Shown: positions 30,211-41,300 of the stretch, piece by piece
Numbering within the stretch: position 1 is the first letter of the stretch
Layout: the number at the start of each line of letters is the position of its first letter
Assembly (NCBI GenBank): GCA_035293405.1
Contig: DATDOE010000031.1
Coordinates: forward strand, 9,936-73,935
From: Vicinamibacterales bacterium
GTDB lineage: Bacteria; Acidobacteriota; Vicinamibacteria; Vicinamibacterales; UBA2999
Length of the DNA: 64,000 nt
Reading direction: 5' to 3'
Translations under genes and position numbers: made by a program
The notes under the pieces: model-generated
The model's database searches: none
What the model saw: only the letters and a program-made list of their open reading frames with translations
What the model was told of the DNA's origin: nothing

Positions 30211-31506
30211 TCAGGCGGTTGCCGGCGCCCCGGCCCGGGCCGGTCTCGCGCTCGTGCTCAGCGGACGCACGAGCCACGTCAAGACGAAGCCGACCGCCAG
30301 GAGGCCGGCGAGAACCTCCAGCGGCGTGTCGTAGATGGTGACACGATCGGCGCCCGGCGGCAGCGCTGCCTTCGCGCGGTTGGAGAGCTCCGTGATGATC
30401 ACCGGACCGATGATCGCGGCCGCCGTCCATGCGGTCAGCAGGGCGCCATGGATCGCGCCGACATTCTGTGGTCCAAAGATGTCGGCGAGGAAGGCGGGAA
30501 TCGTGGCGAACCCGCCGCCGTACATCGTGAAGACGAGGAAGAGGCTGGCCTGGAACAGCCACCAGTTCCCGCTCGCGGCGAGACCGGGAATCAACAGGAA
30601 CAGAACGAACTGCGTGACGAAGAAGATCGTGTAGGTGTTGCGGCGGCCGATGTAGTCGGAGCCCGAGGCCCACAGAAAACGCCCGCCGGCGTTGAACAGG
30701 CTGATCAGGGACACGACGACGCCGGCTTCGAGCGGCGTCCGTTTGAACATGTCCTGCATCATCGGCGACGCCTGCGCGAGGATGCCGATCCCCGCGGTGA
30801 TGTTGATGAAGAGGATGCCCCACAACAGATAGAACTGCGGCGTGCGGATCGCCTCGTTGCGGCTGACGCTGACGTCGGCAATCATCGGGTCGTGTTTCGC
30901 GGCCGGCGTCCAGCCGGCGGGCGTCCAGCCGGGTGGCGGCGACTCCATCAGGCGCGACCCCACGAGCATCACCACGAGGTACACCGCTCCGAGCGCCACG
31001 ACCGTCGGAGCGACACCCACCAGATTCATGAAGAACACGTTCAGGTAACCAGCGACGAAGGCGCCTCCCCCGAAGCCCATGATGGCCATGCCGGTGGCCA
31101 TGCCGCGCCGATCGGGGAACCACTTCACGAGCGTGCTCACCGGCGAGATGTATCCCAGACCGCAGCCGATGCCGCCGATGACACCCATTCCCAGGAACAC
31201 AAGCACGGACTGGCGGAGTGCGAGGCCGATCCCACCGATGACCAGGCCGGTGCCAAAGAAGAGCGCTGCCGCGGTCGCTGCCACACGTGGCCCGCGCCGC
31301 TCGACCCATGGACCGCCAAACGCGGCGCTCAGCCCGAGTAGGGCCAACGCGGTCGTGAAGGTCGTGTACGGCGGGCTGAACCACCAGGGCGCGCCGGGAA
31401 AGAGCGCCTGAATCGGCCGGTTGAACGTGCTCCAGGCGTAGACGGAGCCGATGCAGATGTGCACCAGGACCGCACCTACCGGAATACGCCAGCGATTCGG
31501 GGTCAT
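30211..31506 (-). CDS. MFS transporter, oxalate/formate antiporter (OFA)-like
   Basis: The N-terminus RWRIPVGAVLVHICIGSVYAWSTFNRPI is typical of OFA-type MFS proteins. About 12 hydrophobic segments. Confidence 0.8.
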   Translation of the reverse strand: MTPNRWRIPVGAVLVHICIGSVYAWSTFNRPIQALFPGAPWWFSPPYTTFTTALALLGLSAAFGGPWVERRGPRVAATAAALFFGTGLVIGGIGLALRQSVLVFLGMGVIGGIGCGLGYISPVSTLVKWFPDRRGMATGMAIMGFGGGAFVAGYLNVFFMNLVGVAPTVVALGAVYLVVMLVGSRLMESPPPGWTPAGWTPAAKHDPMIADVSVSRNEAIRTPQFYLLWGILFINITAGIGILAQASPMMQDMFKRTPLEAGVVVSLISLFNAGGRFLWASGSDYIGRRNTYTIFFVTQFVLFLLIPGLAASGNWWLFQASLFLVFTMYGGGFATIPAFLADIFGPQNVGAIHGALLTAWTAAAIIGPVIITELSNRAKAALPPGADRVTIYDTPLEVLAGLLAVGFVLTWLVRPLSTSARPARAGAPATA

Positions 31507-31551
31507 TGAGGACCGCAGATTAGTAGGTCAAAGGGGAAAGGTCAAAGGTGA

Positions 31552-32583
31552 TCAAAGCCGCCTCAGAATGGCCTCGCCCGCAGCGCGCGTGCCGAGCGTT
31601 CCGCCGACATCACGTGTCGTTTCGCGCGCCTGGACGGCTGCCTCGACTGCTCGCTCGATTCGCTGCGCCTCGTCGGCTCGTCCGAGGGTCTCGAGCATCA
31701 GTGCCGCCGAAAGGATCGCGCCGATTGGGTTGGCCACATCCTTCCCCGCCAGCGGCGGCGCCGAGCCGTGGACAGGTTCGAACATCGACGTCCGTCCCGG
31801 ATGCAGATTGCCTGACGCCGCCATGCCCAACCCACCCTGCAGCGCGCCGCCGATGTCGGTGATGATGTCGCCGAACAGGTTGTTGGTGACGATGACCTGG
31901 AACTGGCCGGGGTTCTGCACGAGCAGCATCGCGAGAGCGTCGATGTAGAGGTGCGTGGCCTGGACCTCCGGATACTCGGACTGCAGCTCGCGAAACACGC
32001 GCTGCCAGAGCGCGTGCCCATCGGCCATCGCGTTGCTCTTGTCGGTCATGCAGACTGAGCCGATCCCACGCGCACGCGCGAACTCGAAGGCGTGGCGGAT
32101 GATTCGATGCACACCCTTGTAGGTGTTGATCTCCTCCTGCACCGCCACTTCATCCGGTGTGCCCGCTTTGAAGCGCCCGCCGATGCCCACGTACAGGCCC
32201 TCGGTGTTCTCGCGAAAGACCACGAAGTTCACGTCGGCCCGCGTGCGTCCCTTGAGCGGGCAGAGCCGATCGTCGAGCAGGCGAACCGGACGGTAGTTCA
32301 CATACAGGTCCAGCTCGAATCGCGTGCCGAGGAGGATGTCTCGCGCGTGACGGTTGTCGGGCACGCGCGGATCGCCGAGCGCGCCGATGAGGATGGCGTC
32401 ACAGGACCGCAGCGTGTCGTAGCCGTCTTTGGGAATCGTCTCGCCGGTCGCGAGGTAGTGGTCCGCGCTCCACGGCAGGTAGCGCAGATCGACGCCGCCG
32501 AATGCCTCGAGGATCTTCACGGCCTCGGCGGTGACGTCCTTGCCAATGCCGTCGCCTGGAATCACCGCGATCGAGGAGGCCAC
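31552..32583 (-). CDS. Isocitrate/isopropylmalate dehydrogenase family protein (3-IPM or tartrate/D-malate dehydrogenase-like)
   Basis: IAVIPGDGIGKDV at the N-terminus. Family signature NLFGDIITD. W.ADHYL resembles the tartrate-dehydrogenase subgroup. GTG start. Confidence 0.8.
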   Translation of the reverse strand: MASSIAVIPGDGIGKDVTAEAVKILEAFGGVDLRYLPWSADHYLATGETIPKDGYDTLRSCDAILIGALGDPRVPDNRHARDILLGTRFELDLYVNYRPVRLLDDRLCPLKGRTRADVNFVVFRENTEGLYVGIGGRFKAGTPDEVAVQEEINTYKGVHRIIRHAFEFARARGIGSVCMTDKSNAMADGHALWQRVFRELQSEYPEVQATHLYIDALAMLLVQNPGQFQVIVTNNLFGDIITDIGGALQGGLGMAASGNLHPGRTSMFEPVHGSAPPLAGKDVANPIGAILSAALMLETLGRADEAQRIERAVEAAVQARETTRDVGGTLGTRAAGEAILRRL

Positions 32584-32594
32584 AAGGTGTATTC

Positions 32595-32693
32595 AACCAC
32601 GAAGACACGAAGGTCGCGAAGGACACGAACCCGGTATTCACATAGCCAACAAATTGCTTCGTGACCTTCGCGATCTTCGTGACCTCCGTGGTT
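32595..32693. repeat. Inverted tandem 9-mer array (ACGAAGGNC / CTTCGYGAN)
   Basis: Left arm AACCACGAAGACACGAAGGTCGCGAAGGACACGAAC. Right arm GCTTCGTGACCTTCGCGATCTTCGTGACCTCCGTGGTT. It lies in the divergent region between the IPMDH-family gene and the PQQ dehydrogenase gene. Confidence 0.85.
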
Positions 32694-32704
32694 ATACTCA
32701 GCCC

Positions 32705-34726
32705 ATGAAGCGTCTTCTCATACTTATTCCCATGGCCGCATCGATCGGCGCTGTACTTGCCGCACAGGGCAATCGGGCTCAGGCGCCCAGCGGTGACTGG
32801 CCGATGTACAGCTACAACCTGGCGGGCACGCGGTTTTCACCGCTCACCGACATCAACGGCGGCAACGTCGGCTCGCTCGCCCAGGCGTGGTCGGTTCGCC
32901 TCACGCCGCCCGCGGGACGGAGAGGCGGCGGTCCCGCTGCCGCTGGAGGCGAGGGCGCGCCCGTGGCGGGTCGTGGGGCGGGGGCGGCCGGCAATCCTGC
33001 GGCGCCGGGTCGCGGCGCGGTGGACGCCGTTCCACCAGCGGGTAGCAATCCCCAAGCGACGCCGATCGTGATCGGCGGCGTGATGTACCTGCCGGCGCGG
33101 GGCACTCAGGTGCTCGCGCTCGAAGCCGACAGCGGGAAGGAAATCTGGCGACACGACTTGCCGGCGGGCGTCGCGACCACGGCACGAGGTGTCGCGTATT
33201 GGCCGGGAGATGGTCGGATCGCGCCCCGCATCCTGATCACCGCCGGACCGAGGCTGCTGGCGCTCGACGCCGCAACGGGCGCACCGTCAGCGGGCTTTGG
33301 CTCGAAGGGCGTGGTCGAGATCGCCGTGCCGTGGAACGGCGTGCCCACGATCTATAAGAACGTCGCGATTCTTGGCGCCACCGTCGGCGAAGTCGCGCTC
33401 GCGGAGCCGGGCGACACACGGGCGTTCGATGTGCGCACCGGCGCGAAGCTCTGGGACTTCCACACGGTGCCGCTTCCCGGCGAGCTCGGACACAACAGCT
33501 GGCTGGACCACGGATGGCGGAATCGATCGGGCGTCAACGTGTGGGCCTGGTATATGACCCTCGACGAAGAGCGCGGCATCCTCTACATGCCGATCGCCGG
33601 ACCCGCCGGGAACTACTGGGGCGGCGATCGCCCGGGCAACAACCTCTTCGCGAACTCGATCGTCGCGGTTGACGCGGAGACCGGCAAGTATCGATGGCAC
33701 TTTCAGACGGTGCATCACGACCTGTGGGATTCAGACATGCCGAGTCCGCCGGCGCTCGTTGACATCATGCAGAACGGCCGCCGCGTGCCGGCGCTCGCCT
33801 CCGTCGGCAAGACGGGCTGGATGTTCATTCTCGACCGCGTCACCGGCAAGCCGATCTTCGGCGTCGAAGAGCGGCCCGTGCCGAAGGGGAGCATGCCGGG
33901 GGAATGGTATTCGCCGACGCAGCCGTTTCCGGTGAAGCCGGCGAGACCGCTCGTGCGCGTCGAGTTCAACAAAGAGCGCGACATGGTGCGGCCTGAGGAC
34001 ACATCGGCGGAGCACGTGACAGAGTGTCAGGCCCTGTGGGACAAGAGCGGAGGGTTCTACAACGCCGGGCCGTTCACCCCGTTCGGTTTCCACGAAGAAG
34101 GCGCTCCGCCAAAGAGCACGATCCAATTCCCGGGTGGCACGGGCGGAGTCAACTGGGGCGGCGCGACTGCGGATCCCACGACCGGGTTCGTGTATGTCAA
34201 CGCGCACGACACCTCGCTCGTCGGCTGGATCGAACGCAAGCGCCCCGGGCTGAACTATGGCAATGGCACCGCGGGCTCGACGATTCCCTTCGACCGAGGC
34301 AGCGTCAACGGCGCGGGGCCGTACTTCACGTTCAGCGCACCGCTCAAGGACTCGACGGGACGCACGATCGCGAATCTCCCCTGCCAGCGGCCGCCGTGGA
34401 GTCGACTCGTCGCGGTGAACGCCAACACCGGTGACATTGCATGGGAGAGCACCCTCGGTCTCAACGAGGCGCTCCCCGAAGGCAAACAGCTGACGGGGGG
34501 CAGCGGCAGCGCCGGACCCAGCGCCACCGCGGGTGGCCTGATCTTCGTCGGTGCCACCAACGATCGGCGATTCCGGGCCTTCGACTCGAAGACCGGGAAA
34601 GAGCTGTGGGTGACGCGCCTCGACCAGACGGTCAATGCGAACCCGATGACCTATCGCGGGAAGAACGGGAAGCAGTACGTCGCGGCGATCGCGACCGACA
34701 CCCTCGTCGCGTACGCACTGCCGTAG
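32705..34726 (+). CDS. Periplasmic PQQ-dependent dehydrogenase (glucose/quinate dehydrogenase-like propeller)
   Basis: Signal peptide MKRLLILIPMAASIGAVLAAQ. DWPMYSYNLAGTRFSPL..IN..NV..L..AW. HHDLWDSDMPSPPALVDI resembles the membrane glucose dehydrogenase motif HHDLWD.D. Carries a G/A/P/R-rich insert. Confidence 0.8.
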   Translation: MKRLLILIPMAASIGAVLAAQGNRAQAPSGDWPMYSYNLAGTRFSPLTDINGGNVGSLAQAWSVRLTPPAGRRGGGPAAAGGEGAPVAGRGAGAAGNPAAPGRGAVDAVPPAGSNPQATPIVIGGVMYLPARGTQVLALEADSGKEIWRHDLPAGVATTARGVAYWPGDGRIAPRILITAGPRLLALDAATGAPSAGFGSKGVVEIAVPWNGVPTIYKNVAILGATVGEVALAEPGDTRAFDVRTGAKLWDFHTVPLPGELGHNSWLDHGWRNRSGVNVWAWYMTLDEERGILYMPIAGPAGNYWGGDRPGNNLFANSIVAVDAETGKYRWHFQTVHHDLWDSDMPSPPALVDIMQNGRRVPALASVGKTGWMFILDRVTGKPIFGVEERPVPKGSMPGEWYSPTQPFPVKPARPLVRVEFNKERDMVRPEDTSAEHVTECQALWDKSGGFYNAGPFTPFGFHEEGAPPKSTIQFPGGTGGVNWGGATADPTTGFVYVNAHDTSLVGWIERKRPGLNYGNGTAGSTIPFDRGSVNGAGPYFTFSAPLKDSTGRTIANLPCQRPPWSRLVAVNANTGDIAWESTLGLNEALPEGKQLTGGSGSAGPSATAGGLIFVGATNDRRFRAFDSKTGKELWVTRLDQTVNANPMTYRGKNGKQYVAAIATDTLVAYALP

Positions 34727-34750
34727 GGGCGACGCATGCGTCGCCCCTAC
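34723..34750. repeat. Second copy of the 28-nt GTAGGGGCGACGCATGCGTCGCCCCTAC palindrome
   Basis: The TAG of its GTAG head is the stop codon of the PQQ dehydrogenase. It lies between convergent genes. Confidence 0.9.
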
Positions 34751-34757
34751 ATCGTGA

Positions 34758-37748
34758 TCAGAAGCGCACGCCCAGATTGAACCTGAACGTCCTCGGGCTC
34801 GTGTACGCGAAGCGGCTCGCGGCCTGACCGAAGGTCGGGCCCAGGTTCCAGTTCACACCCTGCACCGGCGTCTGGGTGAACGGATTGAAGGCCTGGAGCG
34901 TGGCCGAATTCGAGGCCGTCAAGACGCTCGTGTTGATCGTACGGATGTCACTCCCGCCTCCGTTGTTGAACACCGTGCCTCCGCAGCCGCAGAGTTGAAA
35001 CTGATTGAAGACGTTCAGCAGCTCGCTGTGGAAGAACACCTCGGCGCCCCCGACGAGCCGGTATCGGTAGTTCACCGAGAGGTCCGTGCGGAACTGCGCC
35101 TCGGTGCGGTACTGGTCTCTGGGGAAGAAGAAGTACTCCACCGTCGCGATGGGTGTTGCGTACCCAGGGTTGGTCACGTAGGGCCGCGTGTTGACCTGCC
35201 CCATCGCCGTGCCCGGCGCCGCGGCCGTCGCGCCGCCCCAACCGTACGGTGTGCCCGACGCCGCGCCATAGAGCAGCCCAATGTCCAGCGCGCCTGCGGA
35301 CGGGCTCATCGGCACGCGATAGGTACCCCACACGCGGGCGCGGTGACGCTGATCGGAGCCCAGATTGCCGTCAGGCAGGTTCCATCGCGCCTCGCGATAC
35401 TCCGGATACGAGAAGAGCCGCGACGTCAGCGGTCCACTGGCCGGGTTCTCGCCGTCAAAATTGCCCCAGGTCCGCGACAGGGTGTAGTTGCCCCCAACGT
35501 CGACGGCGCCAAAGCGGTATGTCGCCTGGACGGTGCCGCCCTGATACCGACGCTCGAGGTCGTTCGAGTTCTCGACGAGGTTGACGTCGAAGACCGTGCC
35601 GAGCGAGTTGGTCACGCGTCCGGTCGTCAGATCCGTGCGCTGCACGTAGAAGTCGTTGAAGTCGCGGAAGACATAGTCCGCGCGCACGCTGCCGCGCTGC
35701 CCCAGGGCGCGGTTGATGCCGGCCGCGTACTCGAGCGCGTTGGGGGAATCGAGCGATCCATTGATGAACGTGTTCACGCCGGGCACCTCGGCGCTGACGA
35801 GGGGGCGGTTGGCACCGCCGTTCGCGTTGAACCAGTCGAAGAGCTGTCGAATCGCCACATCTGGCGTCACCAGTGCGCCGTTGGAATCGGGATTGATCGC
35901 GGGGCCCTGATAGAACCATTGGTACTCTGCCGAGTTTCCCGCGGGCGAGTTCTCGGCGATCGCCGAGTTGAGGCCGCTCACATACCTCGAGAAGCTCCCA
36001 CTGATCGCCCAACGGCCGTCGCGCGCCGGATCCCAGACGAGACCCAGCCGGTGACTGAATTTGCTGGAGTCGGACACCGGGCTGCCTGCGGCATCTTCGC
36101 CCTGGTTGCGGTCCCAACGCAGTCCCAGGTTGACCGACACGCCACTGTTGAATCGCCACGAGTCGTTCACGAAGACCGCGTGGGCCCGGAGATCAGTGCC
36201 CTCGCTCGACAGCGCGATCGGATTCCACTGGATGATGGTGGAATCGTTGCTGAGGAACACGGGATAGATCGTCTCGCCACGGACCACGGTAGACGTCCCG
36301 AGAATCCGATAGTCGCTGCCGGACTGGTGGTTGTTCGCGAACCGGTGGTCGTTGTAGCCGTCGTAGCCGAACACGATGTTGTGCGCGCCAAACCGGTTGG
36401 TCGAGAGGAAGTAGGTGCCCTTGGCCAGCACCTCCGTGTTGTCGCGTTGCTCATCGTCGCAGACGCCGCAGAAGGTCGCGGACCAGTAACGGAACCCCGT
36501 GCCCCCGCGCGACCGATCGATGAGGAGCGTACCATTGATGAGATCGGTCGCCTTCGAGCCGGCGCCGGTGATCGAGAGGTGGCGCTGGGAATACTGCCCT
36601 TCGAGCGCCAGCGTCGATCCGATGACCCCGTTGTAGTTCAGGGACAGCAGGTCCTGCGGCTGCCCCTGGTCGAAGAGGCTGCGCACGTCCATGACGTTTG
36701 CAAAGCTGGTGTTGATGATCTGCTGCTGAATCTTCGTGTACGAGCCGCGCACGACCTGCCCGGGACGTGCGGTGTAGGTCAGCTTCCCTTCGTAGCGCTT
36801 CTCGTCGTCGGTGCGCGGGTACGACACCAGCGTCACGAAGGTGTCGCGCGACTGCTCGTCCTTGCGAAGACGGCCCGCGGTGAAGAACCACAGCCGATCG
36901 CGGAACACCGGACCGCCGAGCGTGTATTCGTGCGTCGGCACCGTCTTGTCCAACTTCGTTTCCTTGAACGGCGTCGTGGCCCGCCAGTTGTCGTTGTTGA
37001 ACGACAGCCGGTACGAGCCGCTGAACGTGTTGCCGCCCGACTTGGTGATCGCGTTGACCATCCCCCCGCCGAAGCGGCCGTACTCGGCGGAGATCCCCGA
37101 CGTCGAGACGGTCGTCTCCTGGATCGCGTCCTCGATGAACAGCGTAAAGGGTTGGCCCCTGAGGTTCTCGGTGATGGCCACACCGTTCAGCAGGAACAGA
37201 CTGTCAAAGGCCATCGCGCCGGCGATCGTGAACGAGCCGTCGCCGCCACTCGTACCTCCCGGTCCCGTGGCTTTGACATTGGGCGCCATGATGATTGACG
37301 CAGCCAGCGTCCGGCTGCTCGGGAGTGTCGCGAGCAGGTCCTGCCGGAAGGTGCTCCCGGCTCGCGTTCCCTGCGCGAACGACCGCGCGTCGCCTTGCAC
37401 CGTGACCTTTTCGGTGAAAGCGCCCACTCCCAGCCTGGCGTTGAGGGGCACCGTTTCAGTGGCCGCCACAGCAACCGTTTGCGACGCGGTCTGGAACGAC
37501 ATCAACTCGAACGTCACGGTGTAGGTGCCGGGGGGCAGCAGCGGCAGCGCGTAGTCGCCGAACGCGGAGGTCACGACCACACGCGGACCTTGAAGATTCG
37601 GAGACGTCGCGGTGACCGTGACGCCAGGAAGGACGGCTCCGCTCGAATCGGAGACACTACCCGAGATCGTACCGGTCGGCACCTGCGCCGCGGCCGCGGC
37701 CGCGACGAGGGTCAGACAGGCCGCCGCCAGCAACACCTTCACACGCAT
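34758..37748 (-). CDS. TonB-dependent receptor with carboxypeptidase-regulatory-like domain
   Basis: Signal peptide MRVKVLLAAACLTLVAAAAAAQ. GTISGSVSDSSGAVLPGVTVTA...PPGTYTVTFELMSF. C-terminus FRFNLGVRF. RBS AAGGAG. Confidence 0.85.
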   Translation of the reverse strand: MRVKVLLAAACLTLVAAAAAAQVPTGTISGSVSDSSGAVLPGVTVTATSPNLQGPRVVVTSAFGDYALPLLPPGTYTVTFELMSFQTASQTVAVAATETVPLNARLGVGAFTEKVTVQGDARSFAQGTRAGSTFRQDLLATLPSSRTLAASIIMAPNVKATGPGGTSGGDGSFTIAGAMAFDSLFLLNGVAITENLRGQPFTLFIEDAIQETTVSTSGISAEYGRFGGGMVNAITKSGGNTFSGSYRLSFNNDNWRATTPFKETKLDKTVPTHEYTLGGPVFRDRLWFFTAGRLRKDEQSRDTFVTLVSYPRTDDEKRYEGKLTYTARPGQVVRGSYTKIQQQIINTSFANVMDVRSLFDQGQPQDLLSLNYNGVIGSTLALEGQYSQRHLSITGAGSKATDLINGTLLIDRSRGGTGFRYWSATFCGVCDDEQRDNTEVLAKGTYFLSTNRFGAHNIVFGYDGYNDHRFANNHQSGSDYRILGTSTVVRGETIYPVFLSNDSTIIQWNPIALSSEGTDLRAHAVFVNDSWRFNSGVSVNLGLRWDRNQGEDAAGSPVSDSSKFSHRLGLVWDPARDGRWAISGSFSRYVSGLNSAIAENSPAGNSAEYQWFYQGPAINPDSNGALVTPDVAIRQLFDWFNANGGANRPLVSAEVPGVNTFINGSLDSPNALEYAAGINRALGQRGSVRADYVFRDFNDFYVQRTDLTTGRVTNSLGTVFDVNLVENSNDLERRYQGGTVQATYRFGAVDVGGNYTLSRTWGNFDGENPASGPLTSRLFSYPEYREARWNLPDGNLGSDQRHRARVWGTYRVPMSPSAGALDIGLLYGAASGTPYGWGGATAAAPGTAMGQVNTRPYVTNPGYATPIATVEYFFFPRDQYRTEAQFRTDLSVNYRYRLVGGAEVFFHSELLNVFNQFQLCGCGGTVFNNGGGSDIRTINTSVLTASNSATLQAFNPFTQTPVQGVNWNLGPTFGQAASRFAYTSPRTFRFNLGVRF

Positions 37749-37766
37749 TCGTCACTCCTTGAAAAA

Positions 37767-37850
<84 letters not shown>

Positions 37851-38324
37851 ATCGAAGCACCCGATGTGACTGACCGCAATGGTCGGCCGGGCTTTTCAGC
37901 GGTTTGGTGTCAACGCATGGAATAGCGTGATCGACAGACAGTGAGAACATTCAGAACTGTCGGACAGGGTGACGCATCAGCCTGGAGATCCCGCTCGTCT
38001 CGCCATTCGTCCCAGCAAATTGAGGTGAGACAGGTTGAAACAGGCCTGAATACCAGGACCTGGACGATTCGCTGTGACGAGTTGGTCGCAAATGCGTCTG
38101 GGATGTGATAAAGACTTATCCTTGCATTACGAACTGCCAGGGATCCATGATTTTGGTTCGAAAAGTTGCTCTTCATGGATTGACTCGTCCCATTCGGAGT
38201 CGTTGACTCGTACAAGTTATTGGAACTAAAGCTTCTTAGTTCATGGGCCAATCTGGTACGCGTTTTCCGTAACGAATCTAACTAAGTCAAAACGAGCAAC
38301 TAGTTTGTCAAGGAGAGACAACTG
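37851..38324. promoter_or_regulatory. AT-rich divergent control region between two receptor genes
   Basis: GC is visibly much lower than the flanks. It contains the direct repeat TTGACTCGT twice (about 38178 and 38203) and the RBS AGGAGAG for 38325. No convincing ORF. Confidence 0.5.
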
Positions 38325-41300
38325 ATGTCCGCACGCATGAGTGCCTTTCTTGTGGCGTTTGCGATTGCCCTTACCGGCCTCGCATCCGCTCAGGAGCGTT
38401 TCGGCGCGCTCACCGGCCGAGTCACGGATCAGCAGGGTTCTTCCGTCCCTGGTGTCACCGTCGTCGCGACCAATACGCAAACCGGAGAAGTCCGGTCATT
38501 CGTCACTGACGCCAACGGTCAGTTCCAAGCGCTGGATCTCGTCCCTGGACGCTACACCGTCCGGTTCGAGCTGACCGGCTTCTCGAAGGTTGAACGGGCC
38601 GATGTGAGCGTCGTCCTCGGACGATCGTTCCAGCTCGATGCCCAGATGAAGGTCGGCGAGCTGACGGAAACCGTCCAGGTCACGGCCGAAGCCTCACCAC
38701 TGGTCGACCAGCGCAGCACGCTCATCGCGCACAACGTGTCGGCCGAGGAATTTGACCGCATGCCGAAAGGCCGGTCGTTCCAGTCGATCGCCTTCACCGC
38801 GCCATCGGTCAGCCAGGGCGATATCGAAGGCGGCATCCAGGTGAACGGCGCCAGCGGTGCTGAGAATCAGTTCACGGTGGACGGCATCGTGACCAACTCG
38901 CTCGTCAACGGTGCGTCGCGCCAGAACACCGTGTTCGAGTACCTGCAGGAAGTCCAGGTCAAGACGAGCGGCATCTCTGCTGAATGGGGCGGCGCGCTCG
39001 GCGGCGTCGTGAGCGCGGTCACCAAGAGCGGCGGCAACACGTTCCGCGGCGAGGGCCACTACTACTACGACGGCAGCGCGCTGTCGGCCGGCCCGATCAA
39101 GCGGCTGGTACTGGATCCCACCACAGAGGCCACGGCGACCTACGTCCAGGACAAAGAGCAGTCGGCCAGGAACAACGAGTTCGGCGGCTCGATCGGCGGC
39201 CCGATCGTGCGCGACCGGCTGTTCTTCTACGGTTCCTATTCACCACGCAATCTGAAGCGGGTGAACGAGTACAACTTCGCCGGCAACACGGTCGGCGAGA
39301 TCCCGCGCGACACCTGGAACCAGCAGGCGTTTGGCAAGATCAGCGTCTCGAGCCGCCGTCTCAACGCCACCTGGTCCACGCTGTGGACACCGAGCAAGGT
39401 CACGGGCACGTTGAGCGCCTACAACGGCACGACGCCGAACTCACAGACCTCGACGCAGGCAGGACTCGCGCCCAACATCACGCGCGGCACCGAGCAGAAT
39501 CAGGTCAACACGAGCGGGACGGTCGACATCAACCTGTCGAACAGCTCTTTCCTGAGCGCCCGCGGTGGCGTCTTCCACGACCGGTACTCGGACACCGGTA
39601 TTTCGAACACCACGTCGTATACCTATCTGACCGCGACTGCCAATTCACCCCTGCCTGTGCCCGCCTCTATACAGGGCGCACAGCAATTCGTGAACACCCC
39701 GCGCGCGCAGATTACGGACTTCGACACGACCAAGCGCCAGAACTTCAACATGGACTACAACCACGCGTTCAACGCGGGTGGGTTCCATACGATCAAGGGC
39801 GGCTACGGCTTCCAGCACGTGGTCAACGACATCGACTCACACTACCCGGGAGGCTACATCAACATCACCTGGGGCACAGGGGGATTCGTGAGCCCCAACG
39901 GTGTGAATCAGGGCTCGGGTGCCTACGGCTACTACGAGGTGAACGATCGGCGCATTACCAACCAGGCCGGGTCGAACATCCATTCGCTCTACATCCAGGA
40001 CACCTGGACGTTGGGCAACAGGCTCACTCTGAACCTGGGGCTCCGCACCGAGGACGAGAAGGTGCCGACGTTCCGGCCCGATTTCCTCGAGACCGCGATT
40101 CACTTCGACATGAAGGACAAGCTCGCGCCGCGTCTTGGCGCGGCGTTCGACGTGTGGGGTGACGGCCGGATGAAGGTGTTCGGCAGCTGGGGCATGTATT
40201 ACGACTGGACCAAGTACGAGCTGCCGCGCGGATCGTTCGGCGCTGAGACCTGGTGCGTCTTCTACCGCGGCCTGGACACGACGGACCTCGGGAGCATCAA
40301 TCTCAGCAACATGCCTGGCCGCGATCTGTGGAGCACGCCTGGCAGTTGCCGCGACCGTCGCGTGCCGTCGTTCGGCAGCAGCATCGATCCGGACATGAAG
40401 CCGATGCGCCAGTCGAGCGCGAGCTTCGGCACGGAGTATCAGCTGAACCGGAACAGCGTGCTCACGATGCACTACATCCACAACGACCTGCTCGAGACCA
40501 TCGAAGATCTCGGCGCGCTGGACGCGGGCGGTAACGAGGTGTACATCATCTCGAACCCGGGCCGCGGTATCGCCGCGATCACGCCGGTATCGGGCAGGAC
40601 GACGCCGTTTGCCACGCCGCGCCCGAAGCGTCAGTACGACGCGCTCGAGCTGGGCTACAGCCGCCGCTTCTCCAATAACTACTTCTTCAGCGGCAACTAC
40701 ACCCTGAGCCGGTTGTATGGCAACTACGCCGGGCTGGCCTCGTCGGACGAGATCACGACCCCGACGACTGGTGTCAGCAGCGCCACGGCGCAGCAGCAGG
40801 CCGGCAGCATCGCCCGCGAGGGTGGCAACGTGAACCGTGCGTGGGACCTTGACGAGGTATTGTTTGACTCGCACGGGAACCTCAACGTGCTCGGCCGTCT
40901 GGCTACGGATCGTCCACACGCGGTGAAGCTGTACGGCGCGTACGACTTCGCCAAGGGCACGCAGCTTGGCGCGTTCTTCTACGCGGCGAGCGGAACGCCC
41001 ATGACCACGTATGTGTGGTCAAGCAACGGAATCCCGCTGATGGTGGAAGGCCGCGGCGACATGGGCCGGACGCCCGTGCTTTCGCGCACCGACCTGCTCC
41101 TGACGCAGGAACTGGCCATGGCCGGCACGAAGCGCGTCCGCTTCGAGTTGAACGTGCTGAACATCTTCAATCAGAAGACGACTCGGCACCTCTTCAACGG
41201 CCTCAACAAGGGCTCTGGCTCGTCGAGAGCTTCTGCGGCGGCCAATCTGGCGAGTGTGGATCTCGCGCAGGGCTACGACTACAACGCCCGGATCTTGGCC

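Noticed and set aside
28241-31384. A single 1047-aa ORF in the track.
   Set aside because: Its upstream 394 codons overlap the MFS transporter gene (30211-31506) in another frame and are Arg/Gly/Pro-rich. A good RBS, ATG and signal peptide at 30202 define the real start.
32705-34726. A XoxF/MxaF-type methanol dehydrogenase feeding the adjacent C1 pathway.
   Set aside because: The propeller carries HHDLWDSD, as in glucose dehydrogenase, rather than the methanol/ethanol dehydrogenase-type motif. I see no vicinal Cys-Cys. It is called only as a generic PQQ dehydrogenase.
37910-38251. A 113-aa ORF (and 38241-38480) in the AT-rich intergenic region.
   Set aside because: No RBS, atypical composition, no motif, and it lies in a region that behaves as a divergent promoter. 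Treated as non-coding.
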